In this document: positions 17,090 through 28,259 of the stretch, piece after piece
How positions within the stretch are numbered: the first letter of the stretch is position 1
Layout of the letters: every line of letters starts with the position of its first letter
NCBI GenBank assembly: GCA_012719415.1
Contig: JAAYAK010000137.1
Location: forward strand, 835-64,834
DNA: 64,000 bases
Origin: Syntrophorhabdus sp.
Lineage (GTDB): Bacteria > Desulfobacterota > Syntrophorhabdia > Syntrophorhabdales > Syntrophorhabdaceae
Reading direction: 5' to 3'
Program-made: the position numbers and the translations under genes
The notes under the pieces: model-generated
Told to the model about the DNA's origin: nothing
The model's database searches: none
What the model saw: only the letters and a program-made list of their open reading frames with translations

Positions 17090-19451
17090 GGATACCTCCC
17101 AGATCTACGGTCATGTCGTCGGAGGACGGAATGACCAGGGTAAATGAATACGTCCGGCGGGCGTCGCGGAGCGTGCCGGTGTACCGGCCGGCGGGAATGT
17201 TCTCGAGATAGAACTCACCGTTTCTGCCGGTGACGAAGGAGACCTCTTTTCCGTTCAGCGTGAATGCGGCGTGCCCGAGGGCCACGGGGACGGATCGCCC
17301 TGCCGGTCTTGTTTCCATCCGACCGGTGAGAGCCCTGGTCTTCACGGCGTCGAAGGTCAGGAATGTACCACTTCTGAAGGGGGGCGAAACGTATTTCCCC
17401 ACCTTCTCCAGGGAGTACTCCACGGGTATGTCCCTGTCGTCAATAGAGACATAGTTGTCCGCGTAAGAGATCATATTCGGTATGAAGAGCCGGCCGGAAC
17501 GGTCTGTGCGGCCCAGTAGATGGTTGTTGTGATATACCCCGACACCCTCGAGGTCCCCCACCCTGACCACGCCGTAACTGTCGCTCACGGGGCGTCCGAA
17601 GTGCAGCTTCCTCCCCACGTACGCAATGCTCCCTGAGGCGCCGATCGACATGGACTGCCGGGAATCCGCAGACCCCGCGCCGTAGTCTCCGCGGAACTCA
17701 GCGCTATAGGTCCCGTATGTTCCTTTGTACTGGACAAAGGGATCGATGGAAGAGGTTTCGCTTCCCGACGTGCGCGTCCGTGATGCCGTCACCCTGTAAC
17801 CGCAACCTTCACCCGCGGGGGTACTCTTCTGCAGCTGAACGGTCTGGTAGTCGCTGCCATCGCCCTTTTGCAGACTCGCCGAGAGCGTGACATCCTTCCA
17901 GGGGTAGAAAATAAGGCCAAGATCGAATCGGGTGTCCGAGCAGCCGTTCTTCATGCGCGTCACTGAAAAATGGAGGTTCGCATTTCGCGTGATGCCTCGT
18001 GAGTATCTCAGGGTGTACCTCTCGCTGTCAGTGGCGGTGTACCTGCCGATGGCCACGAAGTCGAGGGAGACCGAACCAAGCCGGGGCGTTCCGTATCCAA
18101 TACCCGCTCCCAGTTCCGTCCGTGTTCTGTCGTCCGTGGTCTGTGTCGAGATCGTCGAGTATTCCCTGGTGTACCTGGTGAAAAGGAGCCTGAGGCTCGC
18201 GTTGCGTGCCTGATAGGTATAGCCCAGGGAAGCCGCATAGCCGGCCTGTTTCCCCCGTGAGAGGCTGACACCCGCGCCGAGACCAAGGGTGCCGTAGCGC
18301 CTGACAAGGCAGGACATTCTGGGGCCCACGTTGACGTGATCGCTCAAGCCCTCACCTCTTACGCCGATGGTGAGGGAGTCGGTCAGGCCGTAGTTGTGGA
18401 AGAAAGACGCGGCGAACCTCCCGTAGTCGCTGCTCTCAGTTCCGTAGTTTCTCCTCAGGAAACCGGTGTTGTAGCTGAACTCATGCAGGCCGCCGCGCAA
18501 CAGCGTGTCCGCGGAGTAGAAGGGATAGCGAACCGTTTCCTCTCTGCCGAAGGCGTCCCTGACGGTGATCGTGAGATCGTGGACCCCGTTGAAGGAGAGG
18601 ATGTTCCTGAGATCGAAAGGGCCGGGACCCAGCTTTTCCGATCGGATCTGTGCGCCGTCCATGGAGACCCTGATCTCCGAGGGCAGCGTCGCGAACCCCG
18701 TGTAGTCCACCATCGGTTGCTTTATGAAATAGGGATCGATGCCGAAGTTTCGGGAGAAGCTGATACCGCCCATGTTCACGGTGCTGCCGAGGTGACCGGA
18801 GGTGGCATAGAGGTCACCGAGTACGGCGCGATCGAGGTTAAGCCGTGACTCATGGATCATGTTCGTCGACAGCCGGACAAACCTTTCATCGTCGCCGCTA
18901 TTGGTGTAGGTTGAATCACCCAGGAAGAGGAAATCGCCGGCACGCACACCGACCTGAGTCGTCCCCGTAAAGGCTGTGTGGCCGAGGGGCTGCCGGCCGG
19001 CATAGTTCAGGCCGTAGTTGAAAAAGGCGCCGGTGTCTCTCGGGTAATAGACTTCGGGCCTTCTTGCGGGCCTGAGATCAATGGAGTTTCTCCTCAGGAG
19101 ATGGGGTGCGGCTGTGATATGCAGCGATACCGTTTCCTCGTCGAGGTGATACGTCACGTCCTTCATCGATCTCAGGGATATGAACGTCTTTCCTCCTATC
19201 CGCGATGTGGTGCCCGCGGGGGCCTCGAAGCCAATGGCGACAAGGTCTTCCCTATCTATGAGGGAGTCCCCGTCATGCGTAAGATAGACAAAGAAATCGC
19301 CCTTCGTCTCCGTGTTGAGGGCCACCTCCAGGACAACGTGTTCCCAGGCCCGGCATTGTGAGGGGGTCGCGAAGATGAAAGGAAGCATCAGGACAACCAG
19401 CATTGCTTCCGCGCGGATCCGGAACAGGATCATTTGACGGGCGGTCCACAC
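17070..19451 (-). CDS. Fimbrial usher (outer-membrane PapC/CsuD-like)
   Basis: 793 aa. Signal peptide and a long beta-rich body rich in G/S/T/Y/R. It sits between the chaperone and the second SCPU pilin. Confidence 0.8.
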   Translation of the reverse strand: MWTARQMILFRIRAEAMLVVLMLPFIFATPSQCRAWEHVVLEVALNTETKGDFFVYLTHDGDSLIDREDLVAIGFEAPAGTTSRIGGKTFISLRSMKDVTYHLDEETVSLHITAAPHLLRRNSIDLRPARRPEVYYPRDTGAFFNYGLNYAGRQPLGHTAFTGTTQVGVRAGDFLFLGDSTYTNSGDDERFVRLSTNMIHESRLNLDRAVLGDLYATSGHLGSTVNMGGISFSRNFGIDPYFIKQPMVDYTGFATLPSEIRVSMDGAQIRSEKLGPGPFDLRNILSFNGVHDLTITVRDAFGREETVRYPFYSADTLLRGGLHEFSYNTGFLRRNYGTESSDYGRFAASFFHNYGLTDSLTIGVRGEGLSDHVNVGPRMSCLVRRYGTLGLGAGVSLSRGKQAGYAASLGYTYQARNASLRLLFTRYTREYSTISTQTTDDRTRTELGAGIGYGTPRLGSVSLDFVAIGRYTATDSERYTLRYSRGITRNANLHFSVTRMKNGCSDTRFDLGLIFYPWKDVTLSASLQKGDGSDYQTVQLQKSTPAGEGCGYRVTASRTRTSGSETSSIDPFVQYKGTYGTYSAEFRGDYGAGSADSRQSMSIGASGSIAYVGRKLHFGRPVSDSYGVVRVGDLEGVGVYHNNHLLGRTDRSGRLFIPNMISYADNYVSIDDRDIPVEYSLEKVGKYVSPPFRSGTFLTFDAVKTRALTGRMETRPAGRSVPVALGHAAFTLNGKEVSFVTGRNGEFYLENIPAGRYTGTLRDARRTYSFTLVIPSSDDMTVDLGGILAEDLH

Positions 19452-20233
19452 ATGCTCCCTGTCACCTCCACCACGTCCTCAAAGGAATTCCTCTCCGTCC
19501 TGACAACCGCGCGGAGTCTTGTAAGCCTGGCGCAGAGCGCCTGCGGAATATCGGCCTCATAGGTCCTGGATGAGCCGCTCAGGATATACCAGCCGGTGAG
19601 GCTCTTCGAGAATACCTCTTTCTCCCGGGAATCCTGACCGATCATGCTCACGGATTCAATGGTGGTGTGGGCATTGTCGTTGTTCAGAGCGCTGACGAGG
19701 ACCTTTCCCTTTTCGACCGCCAGGGAGACGCTGAGCTGCTCCCGGGAGTTCTGAAGGGGGCTGAGGAATACGGGTATCCCCACCTTGAACACAAGATCGA
19801 TCCCTGAGCGCGGCGTTTTCGGGTCTCTGACGGGCAACTCTTCCACGAAGACCCTGTAGGCACGTTCCCGCGACGCGGGGCCGGGCGTTGTTCCCAGGCG
19901 CACAAGCCTCTGTTCTCCCTTCCTGACCGTGAAGATCCTGGGGAAGATGACGATGTCGGAGGTATCCTCGTATATGTCTCTGCCGTCCTTATCCTGGGAC
20001 CATTTGCAGACGCCCGCCTGGAGGGAAAGGTCATGAGCGCTCCTATTCCTTATGACCAGCTTTTGCGCCTTCGTGTTCCTGTCGAACGATACCTTTGTGG
20101 GCTGTACGCTGAAACTCTGCGCGCAGGCCGGTGCACAGGAAAACAGAACGATGGCGATAAGCAGGATGAAAGGCGGAACAGGACGATGGCCGGTTTTCTC
20201 AACCGGCCATGCCAGGGTGTCTCTCTTCGACAT
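19430..20233 (-). CDS. Periplasmic pilus chaperone (PapD/CsuC-like)
   Basis: 267 aa. Signal peptide, then a two-Ig-domain pattern (FSVQPTKVSF...LVIRNRS, YRVFVEELP). Confidence 0.75.
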   Translation of the reverse strand: MSKRDTLAWPVEKTGHRPVPPFILLIAIVLFSCAPACAQSFSVQPTKVSFDRNTKAQKLVIRNRSAHDLSLQAGVCKWSQDKDGRDIYEDTSDIVIFPRIFTVRKGEQRLVRLGTTPGPASRERAYRVFVEELPVRDPKTPRSGIDLVFKVGIPVFLSPLQNSREQLSVSLAVEKGKVLVSALNNDNAHTTIESVSMIGQDSREKEVFSKSLTGWYILSGSSRTYEADIPQALCARLTRLRAVVRTERNSFEDVVEVTGSMCGPPVK

Positions 20234-20239
20234 GTTGTT

Positions 20240-20740
20240 CTAGTACAGCAGTGTGACCGTCAGGGTCTTGCTGTAAGAGCCTGCCTTCAGGGACTGACCG
20301 TCTCCCGCCGATATCTTCCCGTTGATCGTGAAGGGGACCTCTGCGTTTGACGCGGCTTCCAGTTCCCCGGCGGTCGACTCCGATTCAGGAAAGACCGTCG
20401 AGTAGTCGTCCTTGTAAAGCTGGAACGCGAGCTTGTTGGTCTCGTCCGTGCCGTCGAGCAACATCTGCCGTTCTCCTTCTATGTAAAGCCTGTATTTTGT
20501 TCCTGTGACACACCTGTAACTCCACGACGCCTGCGCTATGGTTTCGGTGTTGCTCAGCGGGTCGTGCGGGCCGAATGCGAGATTCGTCCCCTGTGTCAGG
20601 AACTCACAGCTTGCGGAACACGTGGCGGATACTTGCAGGTTTGCGGTCTGCGATCCGGCCATGGCGTTCGCGCAGAACCCCGCCCCGACGACGATGAGTG
20701 CGAGACAGAACAACCCGGAAAGACTGGTAATGCGTTTCAT
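20240..20740 (-). CDS. SCPU-domain major pilin (CsuA/B-like)
   Basis: 166 aa. Signal peptide, ATCSASC..F Cys pair, LAFQLYKD, and terminal TLTVTLLY strand. AAGGAGG Shine-Dalgarno upstream. Confidence 0.8.
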   Translation of the reverse strand: MKRITSLSGLFCLALIVVGAGFCANAMAGSQTANLQVSATCSASCEFLTQGTNLAFGPHDPLSNTETIAQASWSYRCVTGTKYRLYIEGERQMLLDGTDETNKLAFQLYKDDYSTVFPESESTAGELEAASNAEVPFTINGKISAGDGQSLKAGSYSKTLTVTLLY

Positions 20741-20865
20741 TGCATCCTCCTTGCTGTTTATTTGTCTCTATTAATGTACGCAAACAGGGTCGAAGGGTTT
20801 GTTGACGTGCCCAATCAGACCTGAGAAGTGACGAATCGTTGGGATGTGGAGGGTTTTTGAACTGG

Positions 20866-22923
<2,058 letters not shown>

Positions 22924-23087
22924 CTATCATATCGCAGGTGTCAATTTGGCGTCCACATATTTGCGGCGATGGTGTACCCGGGTGGTTTGAACGTGCGATA
23001 TTCGGAGGAATATGGTAAACGATTTCAAAGACGTGCCGATAAGCCAGTTATACGGTGGCCGGCAGCGGCACCGAAGAAGGGACATCT

Positions 23088-25136
23088 ATGAACCACAACA
23101 GGGCTGTTGAGGGGCCCAGAGACCGACAGGTCAGGATCGTCACGCTCCGGGTTTTCTTTGTTGTTCTGTTTTCCCTTATCATCGCGCCTGCCTTCGCGGT
23201 GGCCGAAGGGGAGGGCAGGGAGCCGTCGGGACTCGCCGCGATGCCCATCGAAGAGTTGATGGGGGTGGAGGTATCGACGGTACTCGGCGCGTCGCGGTAC
23301 GAGCAGAGGATATCGGATGCTCCCGCCTCCATCAGCATCATCACCTCCCAGGACATAAAGCGCTACGGATACAGGACCATGGCGGACGTTCTCAACAGCG
23401 TGCCGGGGTTGTACGTCACGTCCGACAGGAATTACGGGTACCTGGGCGCGGGCGGTTTCCTGAGGCAGGGCGACTACAATACGCGAATGCTGCTGCTTGT
23501 CGACGGCCACAGGATGAACAACAACATTTACGATACCGCGGCGGTGGGCAACGATCTCATCCTTGACCTCGACCTCGTGGACCGCATCGAGGTGATACGG
23601 GGGCCGGGGTCGTCGCTCTACGGGAGCAACGCCTTCTTCGGTGTCATCAACGTCATAACGAAGGGTGCGGGCCACGTGAGCGGTCTGGAACTATCGGCCG
23701 AAGCGGGCAGCTCGGATGCGAACAAGCAGAGGGCCACCTTCGGCCGCGCCTTCGGCAGGGGATTGGAGATGGTGCTGTCGGCGACCCGCTACAGCAGCAG
23801 GGGACAGAGCCTGTACTACAAGGAATATGACAGTCCGGCGACGAATTCGGGGCGGTCCGACGGCAATGACCACGAGGGATACTCATCGTTCTTCACCAAC
23901 CTCAGGATCCACGGCCTCGACGTTCAGGCCGCCTATGGTTCCCGCGCCAAGGGCATCCCCACGGGGGCCTGGGGAACCGTTTTCAATGACGACAGGACGA
24001 AGTCGACCGATACCCAGGGCTACATAGACGTCAGGTACCGCAGGGCGCTCAAGGACAACCAGGACCTCTCGGTGAGGGTCTTTTACGATTATTACCGCTA
24101 TGACGGGAAATACCTCTTCGACTATCCGCCCCTTACCATGAACAGGGACCTTGCGGTGGGCAAATGGTGGGGAACGGAGGCGTTCTACAAGACCCGGATA
24201 AAAGACCGGCACACCGTGATAGCGGGATTGGAGTACCGGGATAACCTTGTACAACAGCAAAAGAACTATGACGACAGTCCCCATGCGGTCTACCTTGACG
24301 ACGACAGGGGATCGTACAGCCTGGGCGCCTACGCCCAGGGAGAGTTCGTAGTCACCGACAGGGTGCTTGTCAATCTGGGCGCCCGGTACGACCACTACAA
24401 GGATTTTTCGGGGAGGCTGAACCCCAGGGCCGCGCTCATATGGAACCCCATGGAAAAGACGACGGCGAAGCTCATCTATGGTGAGGCCTATCGCATACCC
24501 AACACCTACGAGCTGTACTACACCGACGGGAACGTGACGCAGGGGGCAAACCCCGGCCTCGACCCCGAGACGATCAGGACCTACGAGCTCGTTCTCGAGA
24601 AATACGTGAAAGACTTCCGCCTGTGCCTTTCCGGGTTCTACTATGATGTGGAGAATCTTATAAGCCAGCAGATCGACCCCGCCGGGCTCATGGTCTTTGC
24701 CAACACGGGAAGGGCCGAGGGTAAGGGTATCCAGTTCGAGATGGAGAGGAAGTGGCTTGCTGGTTTTTCGGGACGGTTCTCCTACTCGTTTCAGGAGGTC
24801 TCGAGCGATCAGGACGGCGTTGAGTTTGCGAATTTTCCGAAACATCTCGTCAAGCTCAATGTTTTCGGCCCGGTGATCAGGAACTGGCTCGGCGCGGGAA
24901 TGGAGATACAGTACGCGAGCGCGCAGAAGAACCTCGACGGTACCCGCGACGGGGGTTACACCCTGGTGAACGCCACGCTGCTCAGTGAGAGGATCTTCAG
25001 GGATCTCGACCTCTCTTTCAGCGTTTACAACCTCTTCGATAAGAAGTACAGCAATCCCGGGTCGCGTGAGCATGTCCAGAGCGACATCGAGCAGGATGGC
25101 AGGACCTTCAGGCTGAAGGCGACGTACCGGTTCTAG
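23088..25136 (+). CDS. TonB-dependent-receptor-like outer-membrane beta-barrel (plug + barrel)
   Basis: About 680 aa from the ATG at 23088. Signal peptide, plug-domain motifs (ISIITSQDIKRYGYRTMADVLNSVPG, VDGHRMNN, IEVIRGPGSSLYGSNAF) and a terminal aromatic (..KATYRF). Confidence 0.8.
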   Translation: MNHNRAVEGPRDRQVRIVTLRVFFVVLFSLIIAPAFAVAEGEGREPSGLAAMPIEELMGVEVSTVLGASRYEQRISDAPASISIITSQDIKRYGYRTMADVLNSVPGLYVTSDRNYGYLGAGGFLRQGDYNTRMLLLVDGHRMNNNIYDTAAVGNDLILDLDLVDRIEVIRGPGSSLYGSNAFFGVINVITKGAGHVSGLELSAEAGSSDANKQRATFGRAFGRGLEMVLSATRYSSRGQSLYYKEYDSPATNSGRSDGNDHEGYSSFFTNLRIHGLDVQAAYGSRAKGIPTGAWGTVFNDDRTKSTDTQGYIDVRYRRALKDNQDLSVRVFYDYYRYDGKYLFDYPPLTMNRDLAVGKWWGTEAFYKTRIKDRHTVIAGLEYRDNLVQQQKNYDDSPHAVYLDDDRGSYSLGAYAQGEFVVTDRVLVNLGARYDHYKDFSGRLNPRAALIWNPMEKTTAKLIYGEAYRIPNTYELYYTDGNVTQGANPGLDPETIRTYELVLEKYVKDFRLCLSGFYYDVENLISQQIDPAGLMVFANTGRAEGKGIQFEMERKWLAGFSGRFSYSFQEVSSDQDGVEFANFPKHLVKLNVFGPVIRNWLGAGMEIQYASAQKNLDGTRDGGYTLVNATLLSERIFRDLDLSFSVYNLFDKKYSNPGSREHVQSDIEQDGRTFRLKATYRF

Positions 25137-25140
25137 AAAG

Positions 25141-25671
25141 ATGAAGACCCTGTTGATCATAGCGGTCCTTTGGGGATTCGCACTTACGGTCCAGCCGGAT
25201 TCCCTTCACGCCCAAGTCCGGGAGTTCGGCGAATACGACGTGAAGGCGGTGTTCATGGCGAACTTCTTCAAGTTCGTCGAATGGCCTTCCCCGGTCCGGG
25301 AATACAGGATGTGCATTTACGGTTCGGACCCCTTCGGAGAGAGTATGCGGATCGTGGAAGGCATGACGGTGCGGGGACGGACCCTGGAGGTCAGAAGGCC
25401 GGCGTCCTTACGTTCCCTCGGCGACTGCCACGTGCTTTTCATCTGCTCATCGGAGAGACGGCGCATCCATACCATTCTCGACGCGGTCAGGGGTATGGAC
25501 CTCCTGACCGTGGGAGACACGGAGGGTTATGCGCAGGAAGGGGTCATGGTGAATTTCTACATAGAGGCAAGCAAGGTGAAGTTCGAGATCAATCTCAGGT
25601 CGATACAAAGCTCCCGCATCACGGTCAGCTCCCAACTCCTTAAGCTGGGAAGGGTGGTGGACGGTGAGTAG
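25141..25671 (+). CDS. YfiR-like periplasmic protein (DUF4154)
   Basis: 176 aa. Signal peptide, then the YDVKAVFMANFFKFVEWP start and LLTVGD..GY...G.M.NF...KV.FEIN end characteristic of DUF4154/YfiR. Starts 4 nt after the receptor stop. Confidence 0.75.
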   Translation: MKTLLIIAVLWGFALTVQPDSLHAQVREFGEYDVKAVFMANFFKFVEWPSPVREYRMCIYGSDPFGESMRIVEGMTVRGRTLEVRRPASLRSLGDCHVLFICSSERRRIHTILDAVRGMDLLTVGDTEGYAQEGVMVNFYIEASKVKFEINLRSIQSSRITVSSQLLKLGRVVDGE

Positions 25672-28039
25672 GAGCAGGGACCTGCGCTCCCGGGCAATGG
25701 CTCTTTTCAGGAATCTGCCCCTGAAGCGCAAGCTCATTCTTATCCATCTCATTTCCACGATAGCCATCCTGGCTTTTGTCGGGACGATCATTACCGTCAA
25801 CGAGGTGCTGTCCGCGCGGAAGACCTTCATATCCGATTCGGAAGGGCTCATGGAAGGTCTGGCGAAGAACAGTGCGGCGTCCCTCGTCTTCCGCGATCAG
25901 AAGGACGCCGAGGAGACCCTGAGGGTCCTTCAGGCGTTTCCCGATGTCCGGTACGCCGCTATCATCGACAAGGCTGGGGCCATGCAGGCCGAGTACAGGC
26001 GCGACGCGTCGCCCGGCGAGATTCGCCGGGGGAGGGGACTTGGGAGCGGGTACGGCTTCGGTCTCTCGGAGGCGTGGTTCTCTCGTGCCGTAACGCTGGA
26101 CAGTGAACGGGTAGGATCTGTTTATCTTCTCCGCGACCTGACGAGGCTCTATGGGAACCTCTATCGGAACATCGGGATCCTGGCCCTTGCCGTCATCGCG
26201 TCCCTCGTCATCGGATACTACCTTTCTCTTTACCTCCAGCGGATGGTTACCGACCCCATGACCAGGCTCCTCGGGATGATGAAGACCATCGCCGACAGGC
26301 AGCAGTACGAGTTGAGGGCAGATGCGGCGGGGAAGGACGAGATAGGTGACCTCGCGCGGGGTTTCAATGATATGCTTCAAAAGATAGAGGAAAGGGACAC
26401 GGAACTGACCGCGCACCGCCAGCACCTGGCCGAACTGGTGCGGAAGCGCACGGAGGAGCTCGTCAGGGTGAACGCGGAGTTGACGCGGGAGCTGGAACAG
26501 CGTGAAAGGTTCGAGCAAGCCCTCGGCGAATCGGAGAAACGCTACCGTGCCATCTTCGAGAACACGGGCAATGCGAGCATCATTATCGAAGAGGATTCCA
26601 CGATCTCTCTCGCGAACGCCGAGTTTGCCCGCCTCTCGGGATACGATCTCGATGAGGTGATCGGCAAGAGGTCCTGGACGGAATTCATCCACCCCGACTT
26701 CGTGGAGCAGCTGAAGGAGTACCATGCCCTTCGGAGGATGAGCGGTGACGGCATTCCGAGCGGTTACGACGTCAAGGCCGTCGACAGGTCCGGCAGGACG
26801 CTTGAGGTGCATCTCACGGTGGGTCTCTTGCCTGACTCCAGGAAGACCATCGCGTCGATCCTTGACATAACGGAATGGAAGGCCATGGAAGTCCAGCTTC
26901 TGCAGTCCCGGAAGATGGAGGCCGTGGGACAGCTCGCAGCGGGTGTCGCCCACGATTTCAACAATATCCTGACGGCCATCATCGGCTATGGCAGTGTCCT
27001 GCAGATGAGCCTCAGCGCGGAGAGCCCCGAGAGGACATACGTGGATTCCATACTTCACGCCGGGCAGAAGGCCGCCGCGCTCACACAGGGCCTTCTTGCC
27101 TTCGGCAGGAAGCAGGTAATAGCTCCCCGGGAGATCGATCTCAACGATGCCGTCAGGAACATGGAGGGGCTTCTGCGGAGAATGATCGGTGAGGACGTGG
27201 AGCTGAGGTGCCGTTACCGCCCGGAGGAGACGGTGGTCCTTGCCGACTCCGGGCAGATAGGGCAGGTGCTGATGAACCTGGCGACGAACGCCCGGGACGC
27301 GATGCCGGGCGGTGGTCTCCTGTTGATAGAGACATCGGTCGTTACCGTCGGGAGGGACTCCGGAGGGGAGGACGCGGGCATGGAGCCCGGGAGCTATGCC
27401 CTTCTCACGGTGAGCGACTCGGGGACGGGCATACCGGAGGAGATCGTGGAGCGCATCTTCGAGCCTTTCTTCACCACAAAGGGGGTGGGGCAGGGGACGG
27501 GCCTCGGGCTCTCGATCGTCTACGGGATCGTTACCCAGCACTCCGGGCATGTCCATGTTCGGAGCAAACCGGGAATAGGGACCGTCTTTTCCGTCCATCT
27601 TCCTCTCATCAAAGGCGCTCACGCGGCCGCGGTCGATGTGGATCCCTCCATATCGACGGGACTCACCGACGGGACGGAGACGATCCTCCTTGCCGAAGAT
27701 GACGAAATGGTGCGGAGATTCATCGGGATGGTCCTTACGGAGCGCGGCTACGAGGTCATCGAAGCCCGGGACGGAGAGGAGGCCCTGCGCATCTTCGAAG
27801 ACCGCGGGGACTCTGTCGACCTGCTCCTTCTCGATGTCGTCATGCCGGGGATGAGCGGGAAGGCGTTCTATGACAACGCCGAAAGGATGAGGCCCGGCGT
27901 CAAGGCCATCTTCATGAGCGGCTATACCGCGGACATCATCCACAGGAAGGGCGTGCGGGAGGAAGGGGTACACTTCATCTCGAAGCCCATCATTCAACAG
28001 GAACTGATGAGGAAGATCCGGGAAGTGCTGGACGCATAG
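25664..28039 (+). CDS. Hybrid sensor histidine kinase (periplasmic sensor-HAMP-PAS-HisKA-HATPase-receiver)
   Basis: 791 aa. Two TM helices flank a ~150-aa periplasmic region that I tentatively recall as CHASE8-type. HAMP ([14 protein letters not shown]), PAS ([12 protein letters not shown]), H-box [13 protein letters not shown]-box [11 protein letters not shown]-boxes DSGTGI and GTGLGLS, and a receiver (ILLAEDDE...[13 protein letters not shown]). It overlaps the YfiR-like gene by 8 nt. An ATG at 25697 is an alternative start. Confidence 0.9.
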   Translation: MSRSRDLRSRAMALFRNLPLKRKLILIHLISTIAILAFVGTIITVNEVLSARKTFISDSEGLMEGLAKNSAASLVFRDQKDAEETLRVLQAFPDVRYAAIIDKAGAMQAEYRRDASPGEIRRGRGLGSGYGFGLSEAWFSRAVTLDSERVGSVYLLRDLTRLYGNLYRNIGILALAVIASLVIGYYLSLYLQRMVTDPMTRLLGMMKTIADRQQYELRADAAGKDEIGDLARGFNDMLQKIEERDTELTAHRQHLAELVRKRTEELVRVNAELTRELEQRERFEQALGESEKRYRAIFENTGNASIIIEEDSTISLANAEFARLSGYDLDEVIGKRSWTEFIHPDFVEQLKEYHALRRMSGDGIPSGYDVKAVDRSGRTLEVHLTVGLLPDSRKTIASILDITEWKAMEVQLLQSRKMEAVGQLAAGVAHDFNNILTAIIGYGSVLQMSLSAESPERTYVDSILHAGQKAAALTQGLLAFGRKQVIAPREIDLNDAVRNMEGLLRRMIGEDVELRCRYRPEETVVLADSGQIGQVLMNLATNARDAMPGGGLLLIETSVVTVGRDSGGEDAGMEPGSYALLTVSDSGTGIPEEIVERIFEPFFTTKGVGQGTGLGLSIVYGIVTQHSGHVHVRSKPGIGTVFSVHLPLIKGAHAAAVDVDPSISTGLTDGTETILLAEDDEMVRRFIGMVLTERGYEVIEARDGEEALRIFEDRGDSVDLLLLDVVMPGMSGKAFYDNAERMRPGVKAIFMSGYTADIIHRKGVREEGVHFISKPIIQQELMRKIREVLDA

Positions 28040-28045
28040 AACGGT

Positions 28046-28097
28046 GTTCAAGGCCAAAGAAGGTTCAAGAGTTCAAGGGTTCAAGGGTTCAAGGGGG
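28046..28097 (+). repeat. GTTCAAG short tandem repeat (five copies, four in an 8-bp-period array)
   Basis: GTTCAAG occurs at 28046, 28063, 28071, 28079 and 28087, reading aGGTTCAAGaGTTCAAGgGTTCAAGgGTTCAAGgggg. It begins 7 nt after the kinase stop. Related arrays lie at 33146..33169 (inverted) and 36382..36395. Confidence 0.8.
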
Positions 28098-28176
28098 TTT
28101 GGGGGGGGATGGGAAGGCGGGGGCAGATTGGTCCCGGAAGTACCTCGCAGGGCGTTGCCTGTTCGTGAAATTTGTC

Positions 28177-28205
28177 TTGACAAACAGGGTGTATGGCTGT
28201 AATTT
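28177..28205 (+). promoter_or_regulatory. Sigma70-type promoter upstream of secDF
   Basis: TTGACA (28177..28182), 17-nt spacer, TAATTT (28200..28205). It lies about 55 nt upstream of the secD GTG, which has a GAGG Shine-Dalgarno. Confidence 0.45.
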
Positions 28206-28259
28206 GGTTGTACTTTTTGAGCTGGAATTTTGCCGAATCCAACCGAATGAGGTTAATAC

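Noticed and set aside
22925-22950. A further copy of the conserved 32-nt promoter element upstream of ligA (GATGATGTGTCTATCATATCGCAGGTGTCAA)
   Set aside because: It shares only TTGACA and an ATCATAT-like stretch at different spacing. The spacer is not conserved and the -10 is poor. At most it is an ordinary weak promoter, not a member of the A/B pair.
25640-28057. 805-aa ORF on the minus strand, antisense to the histidine kinase
   Set aside because: It is a shadow ORF typical of GC-rich coding DNA. Its composition is dominated by R/P/G/H/D/L with no recognisable motif. The plus-strand frame has complete HAMP/PAS/H-box/N-box/G-box/receiver signatures.
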